The notes beneath the pieces were generated by a model that saw only the letters and a list, made by a program, of their open reading frames with translations, had not been told where the DNA came from and ran no database searches. A program made the position numbers and the translations under genes. A DNA stretch of 62,757 bases, counting the filler, from Chiloscyllium plagiosum (lineage: Eukaryota), in NCBI RefSeq assembly GCF_004010195.1. It is 5 parts of one record of this genome, joined end to end, with 100 filler letters (N's around TTAATTAATTAA, not from the genome) between each part and the next. Parts side by side here need not be neighbours in the genome. Positions count along the whole stretch, not along the records: positions 1 to 12,752 come from NC_057717.1; 4 more parts are not named here. One strand, 5' to 3'. Of the stretch, positions 1-12,752 are shown piece by piece. Position 1 is the first letter of the stretch, and each line of letters begins with the position of its first letter.

Positions 1-344
1 GGGTGACTTGATAGAGGTGTGCAAGATGATTAGGGGTTTAGATAGGGTTGACCATGAGAACCTTTTTCCACGTATAGAGTTAGCTATTACGAGGGGGCAT
101 AGCTTTAAATTAAGAGGTGGTATGTATAGGACAGATGTTAGGGGTAGATTCTTTACTCAGCGAGTCGTGAGTTCATGGAATGCCCTGCCAGTAGCAGTGG
201 TGGACTCTCCCTCTTTATGGGCATTTAAGCGGGCATTAGATAGGCATATGGAGGATAGTGGGCTAGTGTAGGTTAGGTGGGCTTGGATCGGCGCAACATC
301 GAGGGCCAAAGGGCCTGTACTGCGCTGTATTCTTCTATCTTCTA
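1..344 (+). mobile_element. CR1/L2-clade LINE 3' end (ORF2 C-terminus, 3'UTR, (TTCTA)-like tail)
   Basis: ORF 8-271 reads ...TRGHSFKL...RFFTQRVVSSWNALP..., the conserved CR1 ORF2 C-terminus, followed by a UTR and tattcttctatcttcta tail. Near-identical reverse copy at 55985-56300. Confidence 0.9.
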
Positions 345-599
345 AAATGCAACATTTTGCATGTATCAAAATTATACTCCACCTGCCACTCCTCACAAAC
401 CTTGCACCCTACATTCTCATCCAAATCCTTTACATACAAAGACAAACGGCATTGGACACATCACTGATTCCTATATTCATCGTAGGGCCCATGAAGTGTT
501 GCCAAAGAGAGTCCCAGGGGTTGACAGAACATCTACAGTGTGAAAGCAGGCCTTTCTGCACGACAGGTCCATATACTGTGTCATATATTGTGCACATGT

Positions 600-1285
600 A
601 AAATCTTGAACTGAATTCTGCAGCAAAGGAGCTCAGCAATTCCCAATCTTGGGCGGTACAGAGGAAGCTGTCCTCCAGCTTAAGAATGAGGCTGCAGGTG
701 CAATTGCTATTCTCCCTGAGGCATTGAAGTGGAGAGGCACTGAGCTTTCAATGCAGCTGCATACCCTTATCTGCCTTATCTGGAAGGAGGAGAGCATCCT
801 TGGAGTGCTTCCAGATGCCACAATTGTTAGTGTTTTCAAAAGAGAACGTGTGAGACTGTTAACTACAGCAAAATCTTCCTGATGTCGACCATTCGAAAAC
901 GTATTGCCAAGGTCCTTTTCAACTGTCTCCTGCCTGTGCCTGAGGAACCCATTCCCAAATTTCGATGTGTACGTCAGCCCCAGACGGCCACAAACGACAT
1001 GATTTTTACTGTTATATTGGGCCCTCTTAGAACTTTTAAAGTCCTTTGACACCATCAAACATGAAACATATGTGGAGCGTTCTTCTCTGCTTTAGTTGCA
1101 TCATGAAACTTGTCACCATCCCTCGTCGTTCTGGTTCAGATGTGTAAGTCATTTTAAAGACCAACTGCTTCAACACCGACCCATTCTGTCTCTGAACCTA
1201 TGTCAAGCAGGGCTATTTCATCACCACAAAACAGCTCTGAATCTACCTCACTGCAGGACCTCACCGCAGATATTTTGCCCACTGT
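600..1285 (+). pseudogene. RTE-clade non-LTR RT fragment (unit module; also ~4450-5018, 5150-5865, 9240-9604+13517-13870, 20030-20590, 23776-24047, 27125-27885, 30050-30770)
   Basis: Translations EAVLQLKNEAAG-IAILPEALKW-G-EL-QLH-LI-LIWKEESIPG-LPDATIV-VFK, D-KAFDT-N and TGVKQG-V-P are RTE/BovB-type RT motifs. Many stops and frameshifts. Confidence 0.8.
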
Positions 1286-1566
1286 TAAGCCAAGGGGGCT
1301 TGTATTGAAGTCCTGCAATGTTGCTATCCCAGAAACCCTTGATGGGGATCTGTGTGAATGGCAAGTTGTTTTTAGTTGAAATGAGCAGGTGTCCTTCCTC
1401 TGGGTTTTTAATCATTCCTAGATTCCTTTCTCAGGAGTGTTCAAAAGCGACAGAGCAGAGGCGATTTTTAAAAAATGGTTTGTTAAAATGACCAAATGCT
1501 GGAGATCACAGCGGGTCAGACATAATCCATGAGAGGGAGCAAGCTAAGGTTTTGTGATAAGCTTGT

Positions 1567-1884
1567 GGGTGGCACAGTGGTTAGCACTGCTGCCTCACAG
1601 CACCAGAGACCTGGGTTCAATTCCCGCCTCAGGCGACTGACAGCGTGGAGTTTGCACATTCTCCCCGTGTCTGCGTGGGTTTGGTCCGGGTGCTCCGGTT
1701 TCCTCCCTCAGACCAAAAATGTGCAGGTTAGGTGAATTGGCCATGCTAAATTGCCTGTAGTGTTAGGTGAAGGGATAAATGTAGGGGAATGGGTCTGGGT
1801 GAGTTGCGCTTCGGAGGGTCGGAGTGGACTTGTTGGGCCAAAGGGCCTGTTTCCAACACTGTAAGTAATCTAATCTAATCTAAT
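1567..1884 (+). mobile_element. HE1-type tRNA-derived V-SINE
   Basis: Box A tggcacagtgg, box B ggttcaattcc, V-domain ggagtttgcacattctccccgtgtctgcgtggg and (TAATC)n tail. The insert is absent at the equivalent site of other unit copies (e.g. 14130-14165, 20830-20870). Confidence 0.9.
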
Positions 1885-2159
1885 TACCCCGCATTTGAGT
1901 TGTTCATATGTTGTATGTTTTATTTGACTACCTTGACTTTATTTTTATTTTGGCACCATGTGGCCCATGCCCACGAGTGGTTGGTGGGCACAGGGTGAGC
2001 CAATTTTTGATTGTTTATTTCCTTCTGTCTTTCCTGAGAGGAACAATGTCTTCTTTTGTTTTACAAATTGAAAGCAGCTTTTTGTTTGTTTTGGAAGAAT
2101 AGAGTGTATGTCCTGGTACTATGCTTATTGGGGCAGAGTCTGTTGCACACAGGGGTGTT

Positions 2160-2314
2160 GTTTTTCAGACTGGAGGCTTGTGATGAATATAGGATTCTGT
2201 GATGTGTCCAATGCCGTTTGTCACTTATGTAAAGGATTTGGATGAGAATATAGGTTGGATGGTTTGTGAGGAGTGGCACGTGGAGTATAATTTTGATACA
2301 AGCAAAATGTTGCA
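2160..2314 (+). pseudogene. Internally deleted CR1 RT fragment (unit module; also ~6390-6660, 14430-14690, 21080-21350, 24225-24490, 31330-31590)
   Basis: FSDWR-V, PFVIYVKDLDENVGCMV, EEW-EYNFD-CKMLHFG correspond to CR1 RT 'FVIYINDLD...W-MEFN--KC-VLHFG' with the YADD region deleted. Confidence 0.75.
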
Positions 2315-4260
2315 CCCCAAGCGGCGTAAATGAGCTACAGCATGGCCAAGTGGGTAACACACATTGAAAGATCAAGCAAGGGCAACCAAGGGAACATTGG
2401 TTCCCACATCTGCATTGGAACTTCTGTCTCTCCTTGGGTTGGTGAATTATTATGGAAAATTGTGTAATCACCTGACCTCCATTTTAGCAGCTGAGATTTG
2501 ATATTCAGAAAGGGCCAGCTTTCCAAATACTCACGTCACCACGAAGAACCCTTACGGGAATTGAAAAAGTAGCTATCATCATTTAATGTATTGGCACAGA
2601 ATGATCTCCAGTGATATTTGGCACGGATATGCGAACCCTTCCATATGGTATCCAGTTACTACTGGCTCACCGACAGAGACAACTGTCCAGAGTTTGGTTG
2701 ATGCTGGATGGAAGTGCATCCAGATAGAGATGGAAAGTTTGGCAGTAACCTAATGTGTGAGAAAGTTCAACCAATATGTTTCTACACATATCTCTGTACT
2801 AATGGACCACAAAACCCTGCTAGAGCTACCTGAAGAAGGCAGGGCTATCCCACTTGCAGCTTCAGGTTAAATTCAGAAGTGAGCTCTTATTCTGAGTGCA
2901 TGGGAACACCATACCTGCAGTCAACTGGTTAATGCCTGAAGTCACCATGGCGCGTGCCACTAAAGGAAGAGTCCGTTTTGGTTTTAAACTTTCTGCATCC
3001 CTTCTGGTCATCTCTGACAATATTACACTGCAGATACAAGAATTTCCCGTCCTAGCAAAACAAAAACCACTGGTGGTATTCGAAACTGGTGTGATCATCC
3101 CAACCAGGATGGAATTCTTTCTGGAGCTGGCAAGACCAGACGACCATTGAAGATGGCATACTAATATGGGGGGGAAAGCATGTTTGTCCCAAGCAAAGGT
3201 CATTGTCAGATACCATCTAAACTCTACCAGGCTCATCCTATGGTTTCCAAAATGAAGATGTTGGTGAGAAGTAGTCTGGTGGCCTGAATTGTATGCCAAT
3301 GCAGCCATGTTGGTGGGGCAGTATCCACTATGCCAGGAAAGACAGAAATTGGCACAAGCAGTGCCCCATATTCATGGCACTGTCCAGGTATAACCTCAGC
3401 TCAGTTACACGTCGAATGTGCCAATCCATTTTGTGGGATCTGTACTTTAGGATGTTGGTCACAGATAAAGAGCATTCATTTGCCATCAGGTAGTGTTGAG
3501 TACCTAAAATTGAATGGCATTTGGCATGTAGTGACAGCTGCATCCATTGTCCTATTGTATGATGGAAAGAACAGTCCAAATATTGAGGGCAAAGTTAAGA
3601 AAACACCTGACAACTTCACTGGATACCAAACTGTCCCACTTTCTCTTTGATTATAGAAACACCACTCTCACAACTGCAGTGAGAACTCCACTAGTGTTGC
3701 TAATGCGAAGAAGCCTCCAGGTTAAATCTGATCATCTTAGATATTGTGTGGAGAGCGAAATGGCATCAGGAAGGCCAATGCCAGTCACTACACCCCTCTT
3801 TGTGTGTGAGGCAGTTTATTTCATGGGACAAAATATGCTGTTGAAACCGTGGGAATAGCCCCAAATAGGGAAAAGATATGTTCAAAGTGAGGGCAGGTCG
3901 CAAGGTGTAAAATGCTTATGTCACACAAGAAGTCCTGAATAATTTTGAGAATCACGTGATTGCTGCAACCTCAAGACGTGGTCAGGAGCAAAACATACCC
4001 AGCCCCTCTCAACATTCAGCAAGGCTGTCTGAATCTGTGGGTTATCCTCTTCCACCCAGTGTGGAAGAATCCTCTGAGGGTGAGATGGGCATGGCAGATG
4101 TTGCAGCATTGACACCATTGCCACCTGCAGAAGAAAGTAAGTTTATTCTAAGATGCAAGAAGTGGGCCACAGTCCAGCACATGGCGGCAGATTGCAGCCC
4201 CAAGTCCGAGGAAGTGGAGCTAGTGGGAAAATGACTCATGAGATCTTACAAGAAAGAGAA
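2315..4260 (+). mobile_element. Decayed Gypsy/Ty3 pol (RT end, RNase H, integrase), unit module
   Basis: Frameshifted motifs FLGLVNYYGK, DHK-L, HP-SKMKMLVRS-WWP-LD and SLDTKLSHFLFDYR-T are recognisable. Confidence 0.85.
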
Positions 4261-4344
4261 TGGCCCTTTGACTGTGTCCCAATCATTACTTCCATCCCCA
4301 TCTAATTCCTGGGACGATGAGTGGACCTCGTTGAATATATGTTT

Positions 4345-4470
4345 CCAGGTTGAAGCTGTTCACCGGGTCTAATCAGGGAGACCTGACTGGCAGATGTGTC
4401 AGGGGTTCTGCTCACTTGAGGAGCTGTCTCCATGAAGACGAGGTCAGTGTCACGTACTGTGCCCGTGGAA
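4345..4470 (+). mobile_element. LTR-like remnant following the Gypsy pol relic (repeated at ~5050, 9145, 19925, 22380, 27025, 29950)
   Basis: Non-coding block ggtctaatcagggagacc...ggcagatgtgtcaggggttctgc...ggctaggtcagtgtca lies directly 3' of the integrase tail in each copy. LTR identity is inferred from position and recalled similarity. Confidence 0.5.
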
Positions 4471-6699
4471 AAATTTGGAGTGCGTGCTGCAGCTTATTAC
4501 TTGCACAGAGTTCAACAATAGCTAAGCCATGGATGAAACAGAAGGCGGTCCTCCAGCTCAAGAACAAGGCTGCAGTTGCATAGAACTGCGGAGGCACTGA
4601 GCTTCCAGTGCAGCTGAATATCCTTGTCTACTTTCTCTGGAAGGAGAGTATCCCCGGAGAGCTCCCAGATGTCAAAATCAGGAGTATTTTCAAATAACGG
4701 AACGTGTTGGACTGTGGTACGTACAGGGGTGTCTCTGTTGTTGACCAGTGGGCAATTCATCACCAAGTTACTTTTCAACTGTCTCCTTCTTATGGCTGAT
4801 GAACTCCCTCCGCAGTTTCAGTGTGACTTTCTGCCTCGGGGGCACATTGAGCATGGCTGTATCTGGCCTTTCTAGAACTTACAAAGGCCTTTGACACCAT
4901 CATTGAAAGTACTTGTATAGCATTCTTCTCTGCTTTCGACGCAGCATGAAGTTTGTCACCATCTGTCCTGGTCCACAACAACGTGCAAATCATCGTAATA
5001 ACAAGCGGCCTCAACACCCAGGGAACCGCATTAACATAATATCCTACGGTTGTGGCTGTTAATCTGATCCAGTCAGGGTGTTCTTACTGGCAGGTGTGTC
5101 AGGGGTTCTGGTACACTCGAGGAGCCGTTTCTCAGAAGGCTAGGTCAGTGTCAAATTCTGTGCACGTGTAAAATCTTGAACTGTATCCCGCAGCATATTA
5201 TACGCAAGGAGGTCAGCAATCCCCAATCTTGGATGAATCAGAGAATGCTGCCCTCCAGCTTAAGAATGAGGCTGCAGTGCAATTGGTATTTCCCCTGAGG
5301 CATTGAAGTCAAGAGGCACTGAGCTCCCAATGCAGCTGCATGCCTTTGTCTGCCTTATCTGGAGGAAGAATAGCATCCCTGGAGAGCTCCCAGATGCCAC
5401 AGTTGTGAGTGTTTTCAAAAAGAGAGAACATGTCAGACTATGCTCACTACAGCAAAATCTCCCTGATGTCGACCATTGTAAAATGTATCGCCAAGGTCCT
5501 TGTCAACTGTCTCGTGTCTGTACCTGAAGAACCCATCCCGGACTTTGTGTGTATTTCAGCCTCAGACAGACACAAAGGACATGGTTTTTACTGTTATACA
5601 GGGTGCTCTTAGACTTTTCAAAGGCCTTTGACACCATCAAACAGGAACCGTATCTAGAGTGTTCTTCTCCGCTTTAGTTGCGTCATGAAATTTGTCACCA
5701 TCCCTCACCTGCTCCAGAAAGATGTGTGACTCATCTTAATGACAAACAGCTTCAACATTGACCCATTCTTCCTCTGAACCGGTGTCGAGCAGGGCTATGT
5801 CATCGCCACGAAACTGCTCTGAATCTCCCTCTTTGCAATACCTCACCGCAGATGAGCTGCCCATGTTTAGGCCAACAGGGCTTGCATTGAACTCCTGCAA
5901 TGTCGCTATCCCAGAAACACTTGATGGTGGTCAGTGTGAGGAGTAAGTTATTTTCTGTTGAAATGAGCATGTATACTTTCTCTGGATTTCAAATCATTGT
6001 TGTTCCTTTCCATAAGTGTTCAATCATGACAGACTCGAGAGGATTTATTTACCAAGCTGAAAGAAGCAAATGCTGGAGATCAAAGTGGGTCAGACAACAG
6101 CCATGAGAGAGAGAGCAAGCTAAGATTTTGAATCTTGGTGACTTCTCATCAGAGCTGATTTTTTTTCTTTGATTTGTTTGAGTTTGTTTTTGTGCTATCT
6201 GCTGTAGACCCTGGCCATGAGTGGTTCGTGGGAACAGAGTCTAGCAGAAACAGGTTTTGATTATGTCTTTGTGCAGAATAATAGTGTCTTTTTTGTTCAA
6301 CAAGTCGCTTTAGATTCTTTTGAAAGAGCAGAGCATATGTCACGGTCTTGTGCCTGTTCTGGGAGTGTCTGATGCAGGCAGTGATGGTTGTTTATCAGAT
6401 TGGAAGCCTGTGACGAATACAGGAATCAGTGCTGGGTCCAGTGCTGTTTGTCATTTATGGAAGGGATTTGGATGAGAATATGGGATGCATTGTTGGTGAG
6501 GAGTGGCAGGTGGGGTTTAATTTTGATAAATGCAAATTGTTGCATATTGGTAAGTGTTGCAGTGCAAGACCAACACAGTTAATGGCAGGGCCTGTTGATT
6601 TGTTGTTGTACCGAGAGTCCCAGAGGTTGACAGAACTTCTACAGTGTGGAAGCAAGCCATTTGACACAATAGGCCTGCATCACCAGTGCTATTCGCCTG

Positions 6700-9060
6700 T
6701 GTGCACAAGTATAGGCATGAGCCTGGAGAGCTGAGGGATCATCAACCCACTGTAGTTTGCCATTGGAGCAGCACTGTTCATATCTATTATTGGTCTATTC
6801 ACATTTGTGGAGATTTGAAAGAAAGGCTGAGCCAGTTTTTGAAGCCAGATAAATAACCAGTCCATTGCATTGAGGAGTTTTACGCAAAAGTGCACAGGAC
6901 CTGTTTGTCATAAAGCTCGAAATGAGCCATGTGGATGTGCCATTCTGATTCAGTGAGGATTCCCATAAACATGCACCAATTAATACCATGAGGGATGGAA
7001 ACAATATACTTGACTGACTGTCTTTTAGGGTTTTGTCAGGCGGTGAACAGTTCCAGGGAACGGGGGAGCACATTTTACAAGGTCTACTGCAGGTTGATAT
7101 TTATCTGAATGATGTGTTTCATAGAGTGACAATCAGTAAAAATGTGTTTAATGTTTCTCCAAATCCTTAGAAAGGTAAAAAACGTGTGTTCCAAGGCAAC
7201 CCAACTGAATTCATTGAGCGTCAGCATCAACAATACACGTCCAACAATAACATGAGGGTATCGAAGGGTTCCTCAGTTCCCACATCTATATCATTGCTTT
7301 GGACATTCCTTGGGTTGGTGAATTATGACGGAAAATTCCGTCATGAGCTGGCACTCATTCTGGCAGCTTAGATTTGCTATTCAGAAAGGGCCAGCTTTGC
7401 AGATAGTCGAGTCACCAAGAAGTAGCCTTTCAGGAATTGAAAAAGCAGCTATCGGCATTTAAAATTTTGGCACAGTCTAATCCCCAGTGAGATGTGGTGC
7501 TGAAATGCGAAGGCTCCCCACAGGGCATCCATTTCCTGCTGGCTCACCGACAGCTCAGCAGAGAGAACTGCCCAACACTATATGCTTCCCAGACATTGGC
7601 TGATGCCAAATGAAAATTCATCCTGAGTGAGAAGGAAAGTTTGGCGATAATCTTGTGAGAGAAAATACATCCAAACAATACATTCCATTAATGTGTTGCT
7701 ACACATATTTTTGTTGTAGTAATGCACCACAAACCCCTACTAAGGCGACCTGACGAAGACAGGGCCATCCCACTTTTCGCTTCACGTCGAATTCAGACAT
7801 GAGCTTTTATTCTGAGTGCATGGAATTACAAGTTGGTCAAGTGGTTAATGCTTGCAGCCAACTCCCTACGGTGGATACACCATGGTGAGTTCGACCAAAG
7901 GGAGAATCCGTTATGGTTTTAAAATTCCTGCGCACCCATCTGGTCATTTCTGACAGTATCACACTGTGCATACAACAGGTGTGTTCAAAACGAAAGGGTT
8001 TTCTGAACCTGGTGAAACCAGACGGCACTTGAAGACTGCATATTAATGTGGGGAACAAGTGTGTTTGTCACAGGCAATGGTCACTGTCAGATACAGGTCA
8101 ACTCCACCGGGGTCATCCTGTGATTTCCAAAATAAAGATGTTGATGAGACGTTATGTCTTGTGACCATAATTGGATGCCGATACAGCCATTTTGGTGGGG
8201 CATTACCCACAGTGCCAACAAAGACAAAGTGTCACCAGCGGAGCCCTATATTCATGGGAATAGCCAACTATTGTCTTGGATCAGTTATACATTGCATGTG
8301 CCTGTCCATTTGCGGATCTATACTTGTAATGGTGTTGGTCACAGATAAGGGGCATTCATTTGCCAGCAGGGTGTTTTGCGTATTTCTGAAAGTCAAATGG
8401 CATTCGGCATGTAACGACAGCTGCATCTGTTGTCCAATAGTCTGGTGGAAATAACAGTCCAAACATAATAGGCAAAGTTAAGAAAACAGCAGACAACTTC
8501 ACAGGATTCCATACCACGTTAAATCACATCTGCCCAGATCTTGTGCGGAATGGAAAACAACATCTAGAATGCCAATGTCGTCCATAAAAATGCTCTTTGT
8601 GCGAGAGAGAGTTTATGTCATGGGACAAAGTCTGCTGTTGAAACCATGGAATAGTTTCATGGGTAAGAAGCATGATCGGGTTGAGGACAGATCCCATGAT
8701 GTACAATACTTGGGTCTGACAGTCAGTACTGAACAACTGTGAGGATCACATGATAGCTGTAACCTCACAAGTGGCCAGGAGCAATACACACCCAGTGCTT
8801 CAGAACATCCAGCAAAGCTGAAAGGACATGTGGGTTCTCCTGGTCCTCCTAGTGTGGAGGAAACATCTGAGGGTGAGATGGAGAGACAGCAGGTGTTGCA
8901 GCATTGTCACAGTTACCATGTGTGGAAGAAGGGAAACACTTCCTGAGATGCAAGAGGTCGACTGCAGACCAGCACATGCCAACATTAGCCAAGCCAGAGT
9001 CGCAGTTAGTGGACCTGGTATGTAATGGCCTCAGGAGATTGTTCAGGAAAAAGAGAGGGC
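6700..9060 (+). mobile_element. Decayed Gypsy pol (RT-RNaseH-IN), divergent 'B' copy
   Basis: Relics of LES-GII-P, ICGDLK, AP-INT, IYLNDV (YLDD), FLGLVNYDGKF, YAS-TLADA and integrase motifs. Visibly more diverged from the other copies than they are from each other. Confidence 0.85.
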
Positions 9061-9889
9061 CCACAGGTCAGGACGTAGAGCAGCATGGAGGTCATGATTG
9101 GTACAGAGTCAGCTGAGGAACAGCGTTAACATAATATCCTACGTTGTGGCTGTTAATCTGATCCAGTCTGATCCTTACTGGCAGGTGTATCAGGGATTCT
9201 GTTACACTCGAGGAGCTGTCTCTAAGAAGGCTTGGTGAGTGTCAAATACTGTGCACGTGTAAAATCTTGAACTGTATATCGCAGCATATTGCATGCAAGG
9301 AGCTCAGCACTCCCCAATCTTGGATGGAACAGACAAAGCTGTCCTCCAGCTTAAGAATGAGGCTGCAGGTGCAATTGGTTTTCTCCCTGAGGCATTGAAG
9401 TGGAGAGGCACTGAGCTCCCAGTGCAGCTGCAAGCCCTTGTCTGCCTTATCTGGAAGAAGGATAGCATCCCTGGAGAGCTCCCAGGTACCACATTTGTGA
9501 GTGCTTTCAAGAAAAGAGAATGTGTCAGATTGTGCTAACGACAGCAAAATCTCCCTGATGTCGACCATTGTAAAATGTATCACCAAGGCCTTTGTCAACT
9601 GTCTGCAGCAGAGCGCGGCGGGAGCTGGGTGGAAGTGAAGGCGGAGCGCAAAGCCGGTTGGGAAGGTAAGTGATTGTTATTTGAGTGGGTGTGTTCTAGA
9701 CCCCAGGTCCTACAAAGTAGGGCTTTCCTCCCGCCCTCCTCCTCTAACCTAAATTAAAAGTCCACAGACTTGCCCCAAAAAGAGGGTCCAAGAAAGTTCC
9801 TGTGGATTGAAGAGTGAGGCTTTAGTTCAGGAGTCTTTGATAAGGAGGTTGAGTGAAGTGATTATGCCACAGTTGAAGAGGGTGAAGAT

Positions 9890-10464
9890 AAGACTGCCTA
9901 GCTGGTTCAGTGTGCTACGTGATTGATGTGGGAAGTCAACGACTCTGATGTGTCTGGCTCGTATAAGTGTGGAAAATGTGTGCATGTTCAGCTACTGTCC
10001 AGGGTTTTTGTGGCAGCAGGCAGGACTTGAGGATGGTGTGTTACCTTCCTGGTGCCAGGGTTAAAGACATCACAGACAGAGTGCAGGAAATCCTCAAGGA
10101 CGAAGGTGAAGAGCTAGAGGTGGTGGTACATGTCGGCACAGATGTCGGGAAGAAGAGGAGGAACCTACTTCTGCGGGACTTCGGAGAACTAGGAAGAAGG
10201 CTGAAAAGCAGGACGTCAAAGGTGGTTATCTCTGGTTTGCTTCCAGTTCATTGGGATGGTGAGGCCAGAAACCGGGAGATAATGGGCTTGAACGTGTGGC
10301 TGGGGAACTGGTGCAGGAAGCAAGGATTTAAATTCTTGGATCACTGGGGTACATTTTGTGGTAAGCATAAATTATACAAGAGAGACGATTTGCACCTTAA
10401 TAGATTAGGAACCAGCATTCTGGCAGGCAGGTTTGCTATTGCAACACAGCTACGTTTAAACTAA
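9890..10464 (+). pseudogene. CR1 ORF1 relic: N-terminal Cys motif plus SGNH-type esterase domain
   Basis: VQCAT...CGKC at 9905-9985, then CYLPGARVKD, VVVHVGTD, VISGLLP, FLDHW, DDLHLN (esterase block II/III/V-like), ending at a stop at 10464. Confidence 0.8.
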
Positions 10465-12257
10465 GTAGTGGGGGGGGAGGGGACAAACTGGATGTTTAAG
10501 AAGGAAATCGAAGGGAAAGTTAGAACAAGGGAAGTCAAGAAAGACAACTGTATCAATGAGGCAGAAAACTCAAAGGAACCATGCTGTAAGCTTGAGTGAA
10601 ATAGGAGTTGATGGGAAGGGTGAGGGCAGTAACAAATTAAAAATACAATATGTGAATGCATGAAGCATTAGAAATAAGATGGCTGAGCTTGAGGTTCTTT
10701 TGGAAATTGGCAGATATGATATTGTAGGGATAACTGAGACGTGGCTTCAAGTGGACAGGGCCTGGGAAATGAATATTCAAGGCTACACGTGCTATCGTAA
10801 GGACAGACTGACAGGCAGAGGGGGTGGGGTGGCCATGTTGGTAAGGGATGATATTCAGTCCCTTGCGCGGGGGGACCCAGAATCAGGGGATGTAAAGTCA
10901 ATGTGGATAGAGCTGAGAAATACTAAGGGTAAAAAGACCCTCTTGGGAGTTATCTACAGGCCCCCAAACAGTAGTCTGGATGTCGGATGAAAGTTGAATC
11001 ATGAGCTGAAATTGGCCTGTCGCAAAGATGTTACTACAGTTTTATGGGGGATTTCAACATGCAGGTAGACTGGGAGAATCAGGATTGTATTGGACCTCAA
11101 GAAAGAGACTTTGTGGAGTGCCTCCGAGATGGATTCTTAGAACAGCTGGTGCTGGAGCCGACCAGGGAGATGGCAATTCTGGATCTGGTATTGTGCAACG
11201 AACCAGAATTGATCAGGGACCTCGAAGTGAAGGAGCCATTGGGAAGCAGTGACTATAATACAATAAGCTTCAATCTGCAATTTGAGAGGGAGAGGGTACA
11301 ATGTGACAATATTTCTGTTGAATAAAGGGAACTATGGAGCTATGAGGGAGGAGCTGGCCAAAGTTCAATGGTGCAACATGTTAGCAGGGATGGCAGTGGA
11401 GGAACAATGGCAGATATTTCTGTGTATAATGCAGAAGATGCAGGATCAGTTCATTCCAAAAAGGAAGAAAGATCCCAGGAGGAGGCAGGGGTGGCCGTGG
11501 CTGATGAGGGAAGTTAAGAAACATATAAAGTTAAAAGAGAAAAAGTATAACATAGCAAAGATAAGTCAGAAAACGGAGGACTGGGAAGCTTTTAAAGAAC
11601 AACAGAGGATTACTAAGAAGGAAATACACAGAGAAAAAATGAGTTACGAAGGTAAACTGGCCAAAAATATAAAGGAGGATAGTAAAAGCTTTTGAGGTAT
11701 GTGAAAGGCAAAAAAATGGTTAAGACTAAAATTGGGCCCTTTTGTGGGGAACAAAGAAATGGCAGAAAAATTGAATTGGTACTTCAGATCTGTGTTCACT
11801 GGGGAAGACACAAGCAATCTCCCAGAGGTAACAGTAGCTGAAGGACCTGAACTGAAGGGAATTTATATTTGCCAGGAATTGGTGTTGGAGAGACTGTTAG
11901 GTCTGAATGTTGATAAGTCCCCGGGGCCTGATGGTCTACATCCCAGGGTACTGAAGGAGGTGGCTCGGGAAATCGTGGATGCGTTGGTGATTATTTTCCA
12001 GAGTTCGATAGATTCGGGGTCAGTTCCTGCGGATTGGAGGGTGGCTAATGTTGTACCACTTTTTAAGAAAGGAGCAAGAGAGAAAACAGGAAATTATAGA
12101 CCAGTTAGTCTGACCTCAGTGGTGGGAAAGATGCTGGAGTCAATTATAAAGGATGAAATTATGACATCTGGATAGTAGTAACAGAATAGGTCAGAGGAGG
12201 CATGGATTTATGAAGGGAAAATCATGCTTGACTAAGCTGCTGGAATTTTTTGAGGAT

Positions 12258-12584
12258 GGGCGGCACAGTGGCACAGTGGTTAGCACTGCTGCCTCACAGC
12301 GCCTGAGACCTGGGTTCAATTCCCGCCTCAGGCGACTGACTGTGTGGAGTTTGCACATTCTCCCCGTGTCTGCGTGGGTTTCCTCCGTGTGCTCCGGTTT
12401 CCTCCCACATTCCAAAGATGTGCAGAGTCAGGTGAATTGGCCATGCTAAATTGCCCGTAGTGTTAGGTAATAGGTAAATGTAGGGGTATGGGTGGGTTGC
12501 GCTTCGGCGGGTCGGTGTGGACTTGTTAGGCTGAAGGGCCTGTTTCCACACTGTAATGTAATCTAATAATCTGTAATCTAATCG
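12258..12584 (+). mobile_element. HE1-type V-SINE nested in CR1 RT
   Basis: Full head gggcggcacagtggcacagtggttagcactgctgcc, box B, V-domain and TAATC tail. Splits LLEFFED|...KMDEGDPVDVVYLDF. Confidence 0.92.
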
Positions 12585-12752
12585 AATGCAGCTCTGAAGA
12601 TGGACGAGGGAGATCCAGTAGATGTAGTGTACCTGGACTTTCAGAAAGCTTTTGATAAAGTCCCACATAGGAGGTTAGTGAGCAAAATTAGGGCACATGG
12701 TATTGGGGGCAAAGTACTGGCTTGGATTGAAAATTGGTTGGCTGATAGGAAA

